From: a virus
IMG/VR virus record: IMGVR_UViG_3300031857_000034
Span: 1 to 64,000 of that record
Reading direction: 5' to 3' (one strand)
DNA: 64,000 bases
Of the stretch, positions 27,891-37,195 are shown piece after piece. The notes beneath the pieces are model-generated. The model did no database searches. It was given only the letters and a program-made list of their open reading frames with translations, and was not told the DNA's origin. Made by a program: the position numbers and the translations under genes. How positions within the stretch are numbered: position 1 is the stretch's first letter; every line of letters starts with the position of its first letter.

Positions 27891-27914
27891 AAAATAAGGG
27901 TCGCCCCTTATTTT
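27891..27914. terminator. Stem-loop between sheath and tube genes
   Basis: AAAATAAGGG-TCGC-CCCTTATTTT perfect 10-bp inverted repeat; a CTAAATA promoter follows on the minus strand at about 27867-27873. Confidence 0.6.
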
Positions 27915-30900
27915 ATGCTCCTGCCGAGATCTCCCCTGTGTTCTTGACACGGATCGGTATGTAGATAAATTCAACTGTTTTAACTGGTTCAACAGCAACA
28001 TCAACATACAGTTCATTGCGATCCACACGCTCAGGTGTGTTGTTTGATTCATCGCACACTGCCAAGTAATCATAGAGACCACGTTTGGCTACCAAATCAT
28101 TCAACAGCGTCGTCACTGTGGCCAAGACCTGGCTGCGTGTAAACGCATCATTGGGCTCAAACAAGTATGGTTGTACTGCTGTGGCCAACTGTGTACGCAG
28201 ATAAACAATCAAGCGTGCCACGTTCACACGATTCAATGCAGATCCCACATTGTAACGTGTCTTCTGACCATAAGCAGTGATGCCTGTGCCAGGAATAAAC
28301 GTGATAGGATTGATGGCGTTTTCATACAAGATGTCACGCAGGTCGCGGCCCATATTGGTTTGTGTAAACTCGCCAGTCTGACCGTTGATGTAACCAATGC
28401 GTGCAGCATTGTCTATCACACCACGACGTGTACCTGCCGGAGCAAACCATGGATAGCTGGCTTCGTCTGAACGAACATACGTGCGCAGCATCATGTGGCT
28501 GGGCGGTTGTACCACTGTGGCACCATTGGTGTTGTTGGTCTGACACGAAGGATAGTATGTGGCCACATAAGGATCACCTGTGGTTACATAATCTTCAGGC
28601 AACACCTGCGCACCAGCCAAATCGTTGGTGGCATAGGCCTGCAACGGCTGACTCAATGCAGGCAGTCTCATTGGTGTGTCACCAATGATGAATGCTGTGT
28701 TGCTGCGGTCGTTGTTGAGTACTACCAAGTTCTGGATCAACTCTGGATACTGCGGGCAGGCCAACAAGTTGAATATACGTGCATCTTCGCGTGCCTCAGA
28801 ACTGACATCAATAGCAGCACGTAGAGCCTGTACAATCAATGCACGCTGTGCTTTGCGGCCAGCATACATAGCGCCGTTGTCACGCAGACCAGATGCTGTG
28901 ACCCAGGTATACGAATACGTGGGCAAAGTATCATCGGGATATTTCTGTGCTGTAAAGTAGTTGGTGGTAAAGGCCTTAACATTAAAGCCCGAACGACGCA
29001 TATTCCAAAGCAAAATACCTTCAGGATATAGATCAGGATCGGGAGCATCCAAGTCCAAGTAATCACTGGTCAATAAACTTTTGATAGTAGGAATGGGATC
29101 ATTAACAGGATCAACTGAACCCGAAGTAGCCCAGCGTGCATCTGCAAACAAAATACCATTCTGGCCAGTCTGATCAGCATTGTCTATCAACACCCACTGA
29201 TAATCACCGGGTGCTATTTCTTGCCAGCGTTTTACGATAGGATAGTTATCAAGATCGCTGGTGTCAATCCACAACTGACCCACTTGACTTGTCAGTTGAA
29301 TTTCGCTGCCGTTGACTGTGATAGTAGTAGGCTCTGTAGGACTTATAATAGGACCATCTGTGTTTAATCCTGTACTGAGATTATAGCCACGGATATCAGC
29401 AGTGACATTATAATAACCTTTCCATTGACCGCCATCTTTGATCATGATGTCCACTTGATCGGCAGCCGAGTAGTACCAATATGTGCCGTTGTCAGGCAAG
29501 CGATCAGGTGCTGTGGGCTGATAGTAAACTTCTGTTCCCAGTTCCCAAGTGCTGCCATCGACCCAGTTACTGAGTTCAACAACACTACCGTTACCGCCCA
29601 AGCCTGTGCTGCCAAAATAAGTATTGGTCTTTGCATTGACTGTGACTGTGGTTGCGACACCGTCGTTGGGCACAAAACCTGCAAGACTTACAATAGTACT
29701 GCTGCTGCTTCCGTTTTGCAACAGGATACTGCCGCCGTATGCATGAGACAGTATAATGTATCCTTGAGCATTGACTTCAGCAGTTACTCCATCAAGGTTA
29801 GCACTCAGCACTGCTGTGACAAAATCTGCAGCACTATAAGTCCCCCCAACTGTGCGCTGCACCGGAGTAGCATATGCGCTGGATCCTTTGACACTAGCAC
29901 TGATATAGAAAGTTTTATCTGTAGAACTAGTAAAGGTAGGATTTGCTGTGACACCTTGTGCATTGGTAGGACCCGAAGCATAACGCTGGAATAATTGCAT
30001 ACCAATCAAACCGTTGGTTACAGTGTTGGTTGTGGTGTTGACAGCAAACACATTGGTGTCTGTCATGGGATGGATTTGTGCATAGGTAGCGCCGGCAGCA
30101 ATATTTTTGCCGCCGCCCGATGGATCTAATGCATTGTTAACAGCCGCATCACTGATGTACAATGGACAGGCCTGCTGTACAAATTGCAGTAGTGTTGTGC
30201 TCCATTTGCTGACTGTCAGCAGTGTTCCATTGTTGACTGCTGTGGTCTTGTTCCAAATAGATCCTGAAGGACGCTGTGTAGTTAGTGTACTGGTCCAGCG
30301 TGGAGGATTGGTATGCGGTCCTGCTTGTGTGACAGGTACATTGTACGTACCAGCGTTGATACCAAGCAAACTCAACATACTGGAATCGCCGCCTAAAACT
30401 ATAGTACCATAAGCACCACCCGAAGGCTGTGCTGTGTATCCGCCGTAGATATTAAGTCTATTATTGACCACGCCTGCGGTGATGCCTGTGATGCTGGCAG
30501 CATTTATTGATGTCGCCAAAGTAGATAAAGTAGCGCCTTGTGGATTAGTTGTCCAAAGAGCATTGGGATTGCCTACTACCACGCCTCCATCGGCGCCTAC
30601 AATAACAGCAGTGCTGGCATTGTACCCACCGGCTATGGCAGCAATACTGGTCAAACCAGATGCTGTGCCTGCAGTCCAGGTACTACCGTCGGTAGATACA
30701 TAAACTTCTCCAGATGCAGCAATAGCCACAAACTGTCCGTTGGTATATGTGACATCTACTAGATTTTTAGTTGATGCAATTGCACTGGCAGTCACAGCGG
30801 TCCATGCAGATACGTTGCTGGCTGCATCCGAAGCATTGCGTAACACAGTACCGCCGGCACCAACTACGATTGTAGTGCCACCGTTGTAAGCCACAGCATT

Positions 30901-32220
30901 GAGTGTGTTGGTGGTAAGACTTGCATTTGACACATTAGACAGTGTTGACCATGCATCTCCTGTATACAACATACGACCACTGGCTCCCACTGCAAACTGA
31001 GCACTAGCGTTGGCCAAAGAGGCAACGCCCAAAAGTTGTGTGCTGACGTTGGCGTTAGCACCGGCTGCTGTAAAGCCTGCCAACAAGTTAGCCGTGGTAT
31101 AGATAGTGCCCGAATCTCCAACTGCTGTAAATGAATTGCTGGTATAGGTCACGTCACGGAACGCACCGCTGAATGTGCCATTGCCTACCTGTGTCCAAAC
31201 TGCAGTATTGGCTCCGCCTACTAAGACATTACCGTTGTCGCCTACAGCCACATAATCGGTTCCGTCGGTGGCCACGGCACGCAAGTTACCCGAGAAGCCA
31301 GCAGTATTGGCCACTGACCATGTTCCGGATACGTTGGCAGCAGGAGCGTAATAAATTTCATTGGTTGAGGAATTGACTGTAGCGCCAACAGCAACATAAG
31401 TGTTGCCACCACCGCCATAAGCTACATCTAACAAGTCTGTGTCAATACCGCTGTTGATAGTGGTACCGTTGAGTGTGAGATAACCCTGTACGCCTGTGGT
31501 AACTGCTGCAGATTGTACTGTGGGCCATACATTTTGCCAAGATGAAGATCCAACTTGGACCCACTGATTATAATTATTATCTGTGCTAGGAATAGTGTTA
31601 CCTGCTTTGTAGTACAGAGGCAAATCTGTGTTGGTTGCAACGATGGCATAATCACCGATCATGCCCACACTTTGAAGAGGTGCCACATTGGGACCTGTGG
31701 TTTGATCAGGATCTGTAATCACTGTAGGCGTTTTAAGTATCAAGTTGCCTGAGCCGCCGCCACCTGTGCTGTTCCACTCAAATACACCAAATGTGCTGGC
31801 ATCTGTATCTAGCCAATATGTATTGGGAGCAGGATCGCCCAAGGGACGACTTAGACTAGCAGCCAGTGCTGCCAAGTCAATGTTGGCACGCATCATAAAT
31901 GCGCGGTTGCTGACGCCTAACACTGAGTAAGCTGCCAACAAACCATATTCGTTGAGTTCGTAACCGTTGATGGGTGTACCAGCGGTGGTTGTGTAGAAGA
32001 ATGGATTACCAAATGTGGTAGCCATATCACGCTGGCTGGTAATTAAATATACCTTGCCTGCGTTGACTGCCAACGTTCCTGCTGCTACGCCTGTACCTGT
32101 GCCAGAAATTTTGTTCTGGGCTGATGCAAAAAGTATGAAAGGTACAGTACCTGCTGCTGCGGGTAAGTATTGACTTTCGTCTATGACTGTTACTTCTACG
32201 CCTGGTGAAATTAATGCCAT
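27913..32220 (-). CDS. Contractile tail sheath protein (T4 gp18-like) with large insertions
   Basis: N-terminal SPGVEVTVIDES and FGNP; C-terminal PWFAPAG.RRG, LYENAINPI, GQKT, RVNVARL, FEPND, VCDESNNTP, EFIYIP. Confidence 0.93.
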   Translation of the reverse strand: MALISPGVEVTVIDESQYLPAAAGTVPFILFASAQNKISGTGTGVAAGTLAVNAGKVYLITSQRDMATTFGNPFFYTTTAGTPINGYELNEYGLLAAYSVLGVSNRAFMMRANIDLAALAASLSRPLGDPAPNTYWLDTDASTFGVFEWNSTGGGGSGNLILKTPTVITDPDQTTGPNVAPLQSVGMIGDYAIVATNTDLPLYYKAGNTIPSTDNNYNQWVQVGSSSWQNVWPTVQSAAVTTGVQGYLTLNGTTINSGIDTDLLDVAYGGGGNTYVAVGATVNSSTNEIYYAPAANVSGTWSVANTAGFSGNLRAVATDGTDYVAVGDNGNVLVGGANTAVWTQVGNGTFSGAFRDVTYTSNSFTAVGDSGTIYTTANLLAGFTAAGANANVSTQLLGVASLANASAQFAVGASGRMLYTGDAWSTLSNVSNASLTTNTLNAVAYNGGTTIVVGAGGTVLRNASDAASNVSAWTAVTASAIASTKNLVDVTYTNGQFVAIAASGEVYVSTDGSTWTAGTASGLTSIAAIAGGYNASTAVIVGADGGVVVGNPNALWTTNPQGATLSTLATSINAASITGITAGVVNNRLNIYGGYTAQPSGGAYGTIVLGGDSSMLSLLGINAGTYNVPVTQAGPHTNPPRWTSTLTTQRPSGSIWNKTTAVNNGTLLTVSKWSTTLLQFVQQACPLYISDAAVNNALDPSGGGKNIAAGATYAQIHPMTDTNVFAVNTTTNTVTNGLIGMQLFQRYASGPTNAQGVTANPTFTSSTDKTFYISASVKGSSAYATPVQRTVGGTYSAADFVTAVLSANLDGVTAEVNAQGYIILSHAYGGSILLQNGSSSSTIVSLAGFVPNDGVATTVTVNAKTNTYFGSTGLGGNGSVVELSNWVDGSTWELGTEVYYQPTAPDRLPDNGTYWYYSAADQVDIMIKDGGQWKGYYNVTADIRGYNLSTGLNTDGPIISPTEPTTITVNGSEIQLTSQVGQLWIDTSDLDNYPIVKRWQEIAPGDYQWVLIDNADQTGQNGILFADARWATSGSVDPVNDPIPTIKSLLTSDYLDLDAPDPDLYPEGILLWNMRRSGFNVKAFTTNYFTAQKYPDDTLPTYSYTWVTASGLRDNGAMYAGRKAQRALIVQALRAAIDVSSEAREDARIFNLLACPQYPELIQNLVVLNNDRSNTAFIIGDTPMRLPALSQPLQAYATNDLAGAQVLPEDYVTTGDPYVATYYPSCQTNNTNGATVVQPPSHMMLRTYVRSDEASYPWFAPAGTRRGVIDNAARIGYINGQTGEFTQTNMGRDLRDILYENAINPITFIPGTGITAYGQKTRYNVGSALNRVNVARLIVYLRTQLATAVQPYLFEPNDAFTRSQVLATVTTLLNDLVAKRGLYDYLAVCDESNNTPERVDRNELYVDVAVEPVKTVEFIYIPIRVKNTGEISAGA

Positions 32221-32249
32221 GGTTTAGTTCCTTTATATCCAGTTGTAGA

Positions 32250-32257
32250 TATTTATA
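32250..32257 (-). promoter_or_regulatory. T4-type late promoter for the sheath
   Basis: Exact TATAAATA, with SD AAAGGA downstream. Confidence 0.75.
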
Positions 32258-32320
32258 AAGAACTGCGAAATCTGGCTGGTTATGGCAACCTACTAAGTAG
32301 GTTTTGCTGTAAATATGTGT

Positions 32321-32659
32321 ATGAGACCCTTGTGCAAAGCCTGCGAACGCCGTCCCAGAGCCATTGCTTACTATCGCAATGACAAGTGTGTGTATCGCAG
32401 CAGATGCACCGAGTGTGAACGGCGCCATAAAAAACTACCTGTACAAACTCCACGCTGGTCTGCGCAGGGCTACAAGTTGAAAAAAATCTGTGACCTATGC
32501 GGGTTTCGTGCCAAAATAGCACGACAACTCATGGTGTATCATTTGGATGGGAATTTGAACAACAGCCAATTGCATAATCTACGCACAGTGTGTCATAACT
32601 GTGCGGTAGAACTAAGCTGGGACAAGAGTGTCTGGCGCCGTGGTGACCACGTTGAGTAA
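32321..32659 (+). CDS. Small Zn-finger/HNH-like protein
   Basis: Four CxxC pairs and HLDGNLNN....NL.TVC.NC; TAAATA 5 nt before the ATG at 32321. Confidence 0.7.
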   Translation: MRPLCKACERRPRAIAYYRNDKCVYRSRCTECERRHKKLPVQTPRWSAQGYKLKKICDLCGFRAKIARQLMVYHLDGNLNNSQLHNLRTVCHNCAVELSWDKSVWRRGDHVE

Positions 32660-33286
32660 CGCATCAATCTGGCTGTACAACTCATCCAGGGAGTTGTTGT
32701 TGTCAATCACATGATCAAAATCGCTGCCAATCCAGGATGTTTCGCTGGGGTGGATTTTGTAATCTTCCATTTTGGACTTGCTCAGCGCCCAGCCAATGAA
32801 TCTAGGGCCGGCATTGACTGCTTCAGCGTGTCTGTACCATTCGGGATCAGGGCCGCGTTTCACACGTATGACCAAACCGTTCTGTTGCTTGATGGCCGCA
32901 ATTTCATTGGGAAATCTGCAGTCACTGATAACGATGTCGTCCTGGGATTTAGACAGTTTGTGCTCTACAGCAGCAATCCAGATGTCATCGTGGAAGGCCC
33001 GGCGACATACTTCTGTGCCCCAATACTGTAGTATCCAGCGCGGTGTCAGATGCGGTATGCCCAGTCTTTCTGCCCACCAGGGATCCACACATTCGCGCCA
33101 TTCTCTGCTGCTTTTGCTACGACCTTCCAGCATTTCCCTGTCCCAGCCAAACACAGCGGCCACTGCGTCTTTGAGGCTGTTGGCAAAGGATTCTCTGCGG
33201 AACTGATGTATGTTCACTAGATAGTCAGCGATGGTGTCTTTGCCTGAGCCGATAAGACCACAGACGCCAATGATTCTTTTGGACAT
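32612..33286 (-). CDS. Deoxynucleoside monophosphate kinase (T4 gp1-like)
   Basis: GLIGSGKDT P-loop, FA..LKD, TPR.ILQ..GTE, ISDCRF.NE, H.SE. Confidence 0.92.
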   Translation of the reverse strand: MSKRIIGVCGLIGSGKDTIADYLVNIHQFRRESFANSLKDAVAAVFGWDREMLEGRSKSSREWRECVDPWWAERLGIPHLTPRWILQYWGTEVCRRAFHDDIWIAAVEHKLSKSQDDIVISDCRFPNEIAAIKQQNGLVIRVKRGPDPEWYRHAEAVNAGPRFIGWALSKSKMEDYKIHPSETSWIGSDFDHVIDNNNSLDELYSQIDALLNVVTTAPDTLVPA

Positions 33287-33477
33287 TATCGCCCCCTGCC
33301 GCTGGTTCTGCGTACTTTGGAGCCACCAAAACCCCGGGAGTTTTTAGGTCCCTTCGGCGGAGGCGGTGCCTTGGGCTTTGGTGACAAGACTGGCGTTGCT
33401 GCTTGATCTGTAGCAACGTTGGCATTGGCTGATATACCAATGCGTTCAAATAATTTAGGAATTTTTTTCTCTACCAC
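33286..33477 (-). CDS. Small basic hypothetical protein
   Basis: GTG start after GGGAGG; TAATG coupling to the kinase; Pro/Arg/Gly-rich. Confidence 0.55.
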   Translation of the reverse strand: MVEKKIPKLFERIGISANANVATDQAATPVLSPKPKAPPPPKGPKNSRGFGGSKVRRTSGRGR

Positions 33478-33555
33478 TGTTGCCTCCCTGCGTAATGTAT
33501 TTTATAACATCTTTAGAGAGAGTGCAAATTTTTAGGCAAGAATATTTGACGCAGT

Positions 33556-34314
33556 TTAACCTTGTACCCAGTAGTAAGGTTGGCTGCCATCCACGTACTT
33601 CTGTAGATCATCAATCAACTTGGCCATGTCTTCTTTGGCTTCGGCCTTGAGTTGTGCGCCATTCAGCGTGGTGCCACCGCCCGGACCGGCGATGGAATTG
33701 AATTTTTCACGAGCCTCGCCAATGATCTGTTTGCACACAGCATAGGTATAGTCCCGTATCCAAGGCAGGATGCGATAGTCGGTCAAGAGTTGTATTTCGG
33801 GACGCATCTGATCGCACCACAGCAGGATCACTTCGCCTTCACCCTTGGGATAGTTGATGATGTGCAGCACCTTGGTCACCGGATTGTAGGTGTAGTTGAT
33901 GAATCCACCAAACATTCTAGCAGCCTGCTCTACATATTGGGTGTAAAAGTCGTATGTGGCCAAACCACCCGAATAGTTGAAATTCAGCAGGTATGTGTTC
34001 ATGATGGCACTGCTGAAGGGATCAAAACTCTGGCTGAAAGGACCTTGGGCAAAACCAATGGTACGTCGGAAGATCTGACGCACATTGTAGATCTCCTGCG
34101 GCAATGTGTAGTGTGTTAGATCACTCTGCAGAGTGATAAAATTGTAGGCTTCTTCGTAGGCATTTTGAGCCCGTTGTCTATAGGTCAATACTGCCTGTTC
34201 ATAGGCCACTTCATAGTCTGGAGCATTGAGTTCTACGTCAACCAAGTTGCCGCCCAAGCGGGTGTTCACATAGTCAAATACTTTGGATTTAAGATTGGTC
34301 AGTGTATCACTCAT
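33556..34314 (-). CDS. Neck protein (T4 gp13-like)
   Basis: RLGG..VDVEL, W.RDY..A..K...G..R.KF..I.GPGG...LNG. Confidence 0.88.
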   Translation of the reverse strand: MSDTLTNLKSKVFDYVNTRLGGNLVDVELNAPDYEVAYEQAVLTYRQRAQNAYEEAYNFITLQSDLTHYTLPQEIYNVRQIFRRTIGFAQGPFSQSFDPFSSAIMNTYLLNFNYSGGLATYDFYTQYVEQAARMFGGFINYTYNPVTKVLHIINYPKGEGEVILLWCDQMRPEIQLLTDYRILPWIRDYTYAVCKQIIGEAREKFNSIAGPGGGTTLNGAQLKAEAKEDMAKLIDDLQKYVDGSQPYYWVQG

Positions 34315-34315
34315 A

Positions 34316-34348
34316 AGAAAAGCCCTGTGCTGTATTTAGCACAGGGCT
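34316..34348 (-). terminator. Terminator hairpin with an embedded late promoter
   Basis: AGCCCTGTGCT/AGCACAGGGCT 11-bp stem plus TTTT; CTAAATA spans the loop. Confidence 0.7.
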
Positions 34349-34367
34349 GGCTGCTGTGAGTGTTAGT

Positions 34368-35534
34368 TTACCAAACTTTAAGGATTATGAGATTTTCGTT
34401 GAAACGCCCGTTGAGTTTGATTTCGGTGGCCTTGATGTCTTTGAAATACTTGCGAGCCCCGGGCTTGCCGCCGGCAAACAGGGCTTTCAGTTGATCTGCT
34501 GGTTTGCGCAGAGTTTTGCTCACACTGAGATTGGCATCAAAACCAATGATGGTGTTGTTTTTCACAGTCATGGACCCCACGTGTGAGTCAGCCACATAGT
34601 GCTGTAGTTTGCGCTTGGTGGTATCGTAGGTGTAGAACTCTGTGCAGTCTGCCAGTTTGGTAGCGGACTCTGAAGTGAGTTTTAATTCTGGGAACGACTG
34701 CAGATATTTTAGTTTGCGCACAATCTGATCGGGCGTTTGCTTTTTCTTGGCCCTGGGTTTGCGTTCTACTTTTTTGATCTGCACATAACTGTCGCAATCG
34801 GCTACCACCAACTCACAGAACTTCAGCATCTGCTTGAGTTCATTTTTGCCCCAACGACTGTAGCCTTCGACCAACTGAGCATCCTTGCCTTCCAGGGCTT
34901 CTGTAAGTTCTGCCACTTTGCTGGCAAAAGGATCGCGCACTTGACTGATATGTGTGGGCTGAACATTCATACCGCGTATGATGGTCATGGGCTTGTGGTT
35001 GTTCAAATTCAGTTTTACTTCTCCCGCTGTGCAGAAATCATCATACATGGCTTCTAATTCGCCAGCGGCTTCTATGGCCTTGTCACGCAGTCTGTCCTGG
35101 ATATTGGGCTTGATCACATCATCATCTTTGACTTCTTTCTTTACTTGTTCTTTCAATGCCTTGAGTCTAGTGATTTCTGCGCTGACGTGCAGTTCTTCGT
35201 GCTCACTGAGTTGTAGGCCCACTGTGGTCATGCGAGCCAGCCAGCCTGTCACGTGCTTGAATTCGTAGTCGCTGACACCTTTGATGCGTTTGGCTTCTGT
35301 GCCGCGCCCATTGCGTTCTAGATAATCCAGCAGGAATTCTTTGCTGTCTTTGCGTTGGAAATTGTAGTTGTACCAATTGATGGCGTGAAGCACCGCAGAT
35401 GAACGTTTGTCTGCTTCGGGCTGTGTGCGCCAGTCTGGCTCAGGTCCTACGTTTTTGAGATCACCGTCCCGTGGTTTCAGGAGTTTAATGGCTGTGGTTT
35501 TTGCTGTGCTGGTTCTGACCATGGATTGCCTCAC
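34368..35534 (-). CDS. Conserved-looking hypothetical protein
   Basis: 388-aa ORF ending SKTLRKP...NGRFNEN..ILK; downstream of a sigma70 promoter. Confidence 0.75.
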   Translation of the reverse strand: MRQSMVRTSTAKTTAIKLLKPRDGDLKNVGPEPDWRTQPEADKRSSAVLHAINWYNYNFQRKDSKEFLLDYLERNGRGTEAKRIKGVSDYEFKHVTGWLARMTTVGLQLSEHEELHVSAEITRLKALKEQVKKEVKDDDVIKPNIQDRLRDKAIEAAGELEAMYDDFCTAGEVKLNLNNHKPMTIIRGMNVQPTHISQVRDPFASKVAELTEALEGKDAQLVEGYSRWGKNELKQMLKFCELVVADCDSYVQIKKVERKPRAKKKQTPDQIVRKLKYLQSFPELKLTSESATKLADCTEFYTYDTTKRKLQHYVADSHVGSMTVKNNTIIGFDANLSVSKTLRKPADQLKALFAGGKPGARKYFKDIKATEIKLNGRFNENLIILKVW

Positions 35535-35800
35535 TTTTTGCTTAATTTAGCCAAGAATATATGCTTTTCTAATTCTAACAGGTTTGTGTTTATTTGGTCA
35601 ACCAATTCTTGATGTTTTGGTAAAACTCTATGTAGCCTGCGCTGTTCCACTTCGATGTTGCTGAGTTCGGCGATCAAATGATCTATGGCTCTAATGATGC
35701 GATGCCCATCTGCGCCTTGCTCTAATCCGCGTAGATACTGGCGTAGCAGGGGTTCTACGCTGTTCCAATCTTCTGCTTTTTGAATTACCAATTGTGTCAT
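35531..35800 (-). CDS. Hypothetical protein
   Basis: 89-aa helical ORF, ATGA-type coupling to the next gene. Confidence 0.65.
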   Translation of the reverse strand: MTQLVIQKAEDWNSVEPLLRQYLRGLEQGADGHRIIRAIDHLIAELSNIEVEQRRLHRVLPKHQELVDQINTNLLELEKHIFLAKLSKK

Positions 35801-35806
35801 AGCACC

Positions 35807-35835
35807 ATATTACACTAAAAAGAATATTTGGTCAA
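35807..35835 (-). promoter_or_regulatory. Sigma70-type promoter
   Basis: TTGACC-N17-TAATAT, only 6 nt from the ATG at 35800. Confidence 0.7.
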
Positions 35836-35856
35836 ATTGTAGGCTACCAAAAAACC

Positions 35857-35864
35857 GCTAAATA
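35857..35864 (+). promoter_or_regulatory. Late promoter
   Basis: GCTAAATA 6 nt before the ATG at 35871. Confidence 0.65.
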
Positions 35865-35870
35865 CGTATT

Positions 35871-37190
35871 ATGCCCAAACTTAGTCTTTACCGCGAGAAT
35901 TTCACCAACGATTACAAATGGTTTGACCGCAGGATTTCGGAACAATTCACGGTGGGCTGTGCCACGGTATTGATACACAAGTATGTGGGGCCTATCAATC
36001 AAGGCACCTCTAACGATGCCACGCAACCTGATTATCTAAATCAAAGCGTTAACAACATCCAAGACCTGCTGTATCTAGAAAATCGAGATCGCAAGTATGA
36101 TACCACGGTGTATAGACTGCGTATGCATCATACCATGCAGAACATAGACTTTGATCTAACACAGTTTGGTCTATTTCTAAACAACGACACATTGTTCTGC
36201 ACAGTACACAAAACCGACTGTGTGAATACCATTGGCCGACTGCTGATGTCAGGCGATGTGATCGAAATGCCTTATCTACGTGAGTTCTTTCCGCTAAACT
36301 ACGATGAAGTACAGACCAGTCTCAAGAGATATTATGTGGTGCAAGACACAGCCAATGCTGCTGAAGGATTCAGTCCCACTTGGTATCCACACCTGTGGCG
36401 TGTGAAGTGCGAGCCCTTGGTAGACAGCCAAGAGTTTGCGCAGATATTGACTCAGCCCGAAAATCAGACCAACTACTTTGGACCCTGGGGCAAGACCATC
36501 GCTTACTTTGAAGGCGACCGTGTTACATTTGGCGACAAGAATTACATTGCCAAACAGGATGTGCCTACTGGTGTGGCACCTACCGGCAAAGATGACGATC
36601 CATATTGGGGCCTAGATCCCAACCAGACCTTCCGAGACATGATGTCTACTTACCAGAAGAACATAGACATCAACAATGCTATCCTGGCGCAGGCCGAAGC
36701 AGAAGTTCCGCTGTCAGGCTACGACACTGTACCATTTTATATCGTGCCCACCACCGTGGACGGCGAGCCCTTGGGATCTACCTACACCGCAGATCAGACC
36801 TTGGTAAACAGTTCACAAACAGACATACCATCATCTTCTGAAAGTATCACGCCCAGAAACAATGCTTGGACCATGGGTTATCTCACTGGTGACGGTTTGC
36901 CGCCCAATGGTGCTCCTGTCACACCTGGCGTGGTATTCCCACGCGATCCCAGAGAGGGTGATTTCTGCCTGCGTCTAGATTATATGCCCAATAGACTGTT
37001 CCGTTTTGATGGCGCACACTGGGTCAAGTTTGAAGATCGTGTGAGAACCAATATCACGCCCAGCAACACCAATGACACTGAGCACTATGCATTTTACAAC
37101 AACCCTGGTGATATCTCCACCACGGATCGCGGTGAGATTCCGCGCAAACAATCATTATCTAAAGCACTGCGGCCTAAGGACGATAACTAA
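35871..37190 (+). CDS. Neck/head-closure protein (T4 gp14-like), extended
   Basis: DLL.LENRDRKYD, L.QFGLF, GDVIE.P; precedes the gp15-like gene. Confidence 0.7.
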   Translation: MPKLSLYRENFTNDYKWFDRRISEQFTVGCATVLIHKYVGPINQGTSNDATQPDYLNQSVNNIQDLLYLENRDRKYDTTVYRLRMHHTMQNIDFDLTQFGLFLNNDTLFCTVHKTDCVNTIGRLLMSGDVIEMPYLREFFPLNYDEVQTSLKRYYVVQDTANAAEGFSPTWYPHLWRVKCEPLVDSQEFAQILTQPENQTNYFGPWGKTIAYFEGDRVTFGDKNYIAKQDVPTGVAPTGKDDDPYWGLDPNQTFRDMMSTYQKNIDINNAILAQAEAEVPLSGYDTVPFYIVPTTVDGEPLGSTYTADQTLVNSSQTDIPSSSESITPRNNAWTMGYLTGDGLPPNGAPVTPGVVFPRDPREGDFCLRLDYMPNRLFRFDGAHWVKFEDRVRTNITPSNTNDTEHYAFYNNPGDISTTDRGEIPRKQSLSKALRPKDDN

Positions 37191-37195
37191 TAGTC

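Noticed and set aside
28900-31800. Intein or intron as the cause of the oversized sheath
   Set aside because: The frame is continuous, no Cys/Ser-start...His-Asn intein ends or LAGLIDADG motifs were seen, and the insert is a repeat-rich beta domain.
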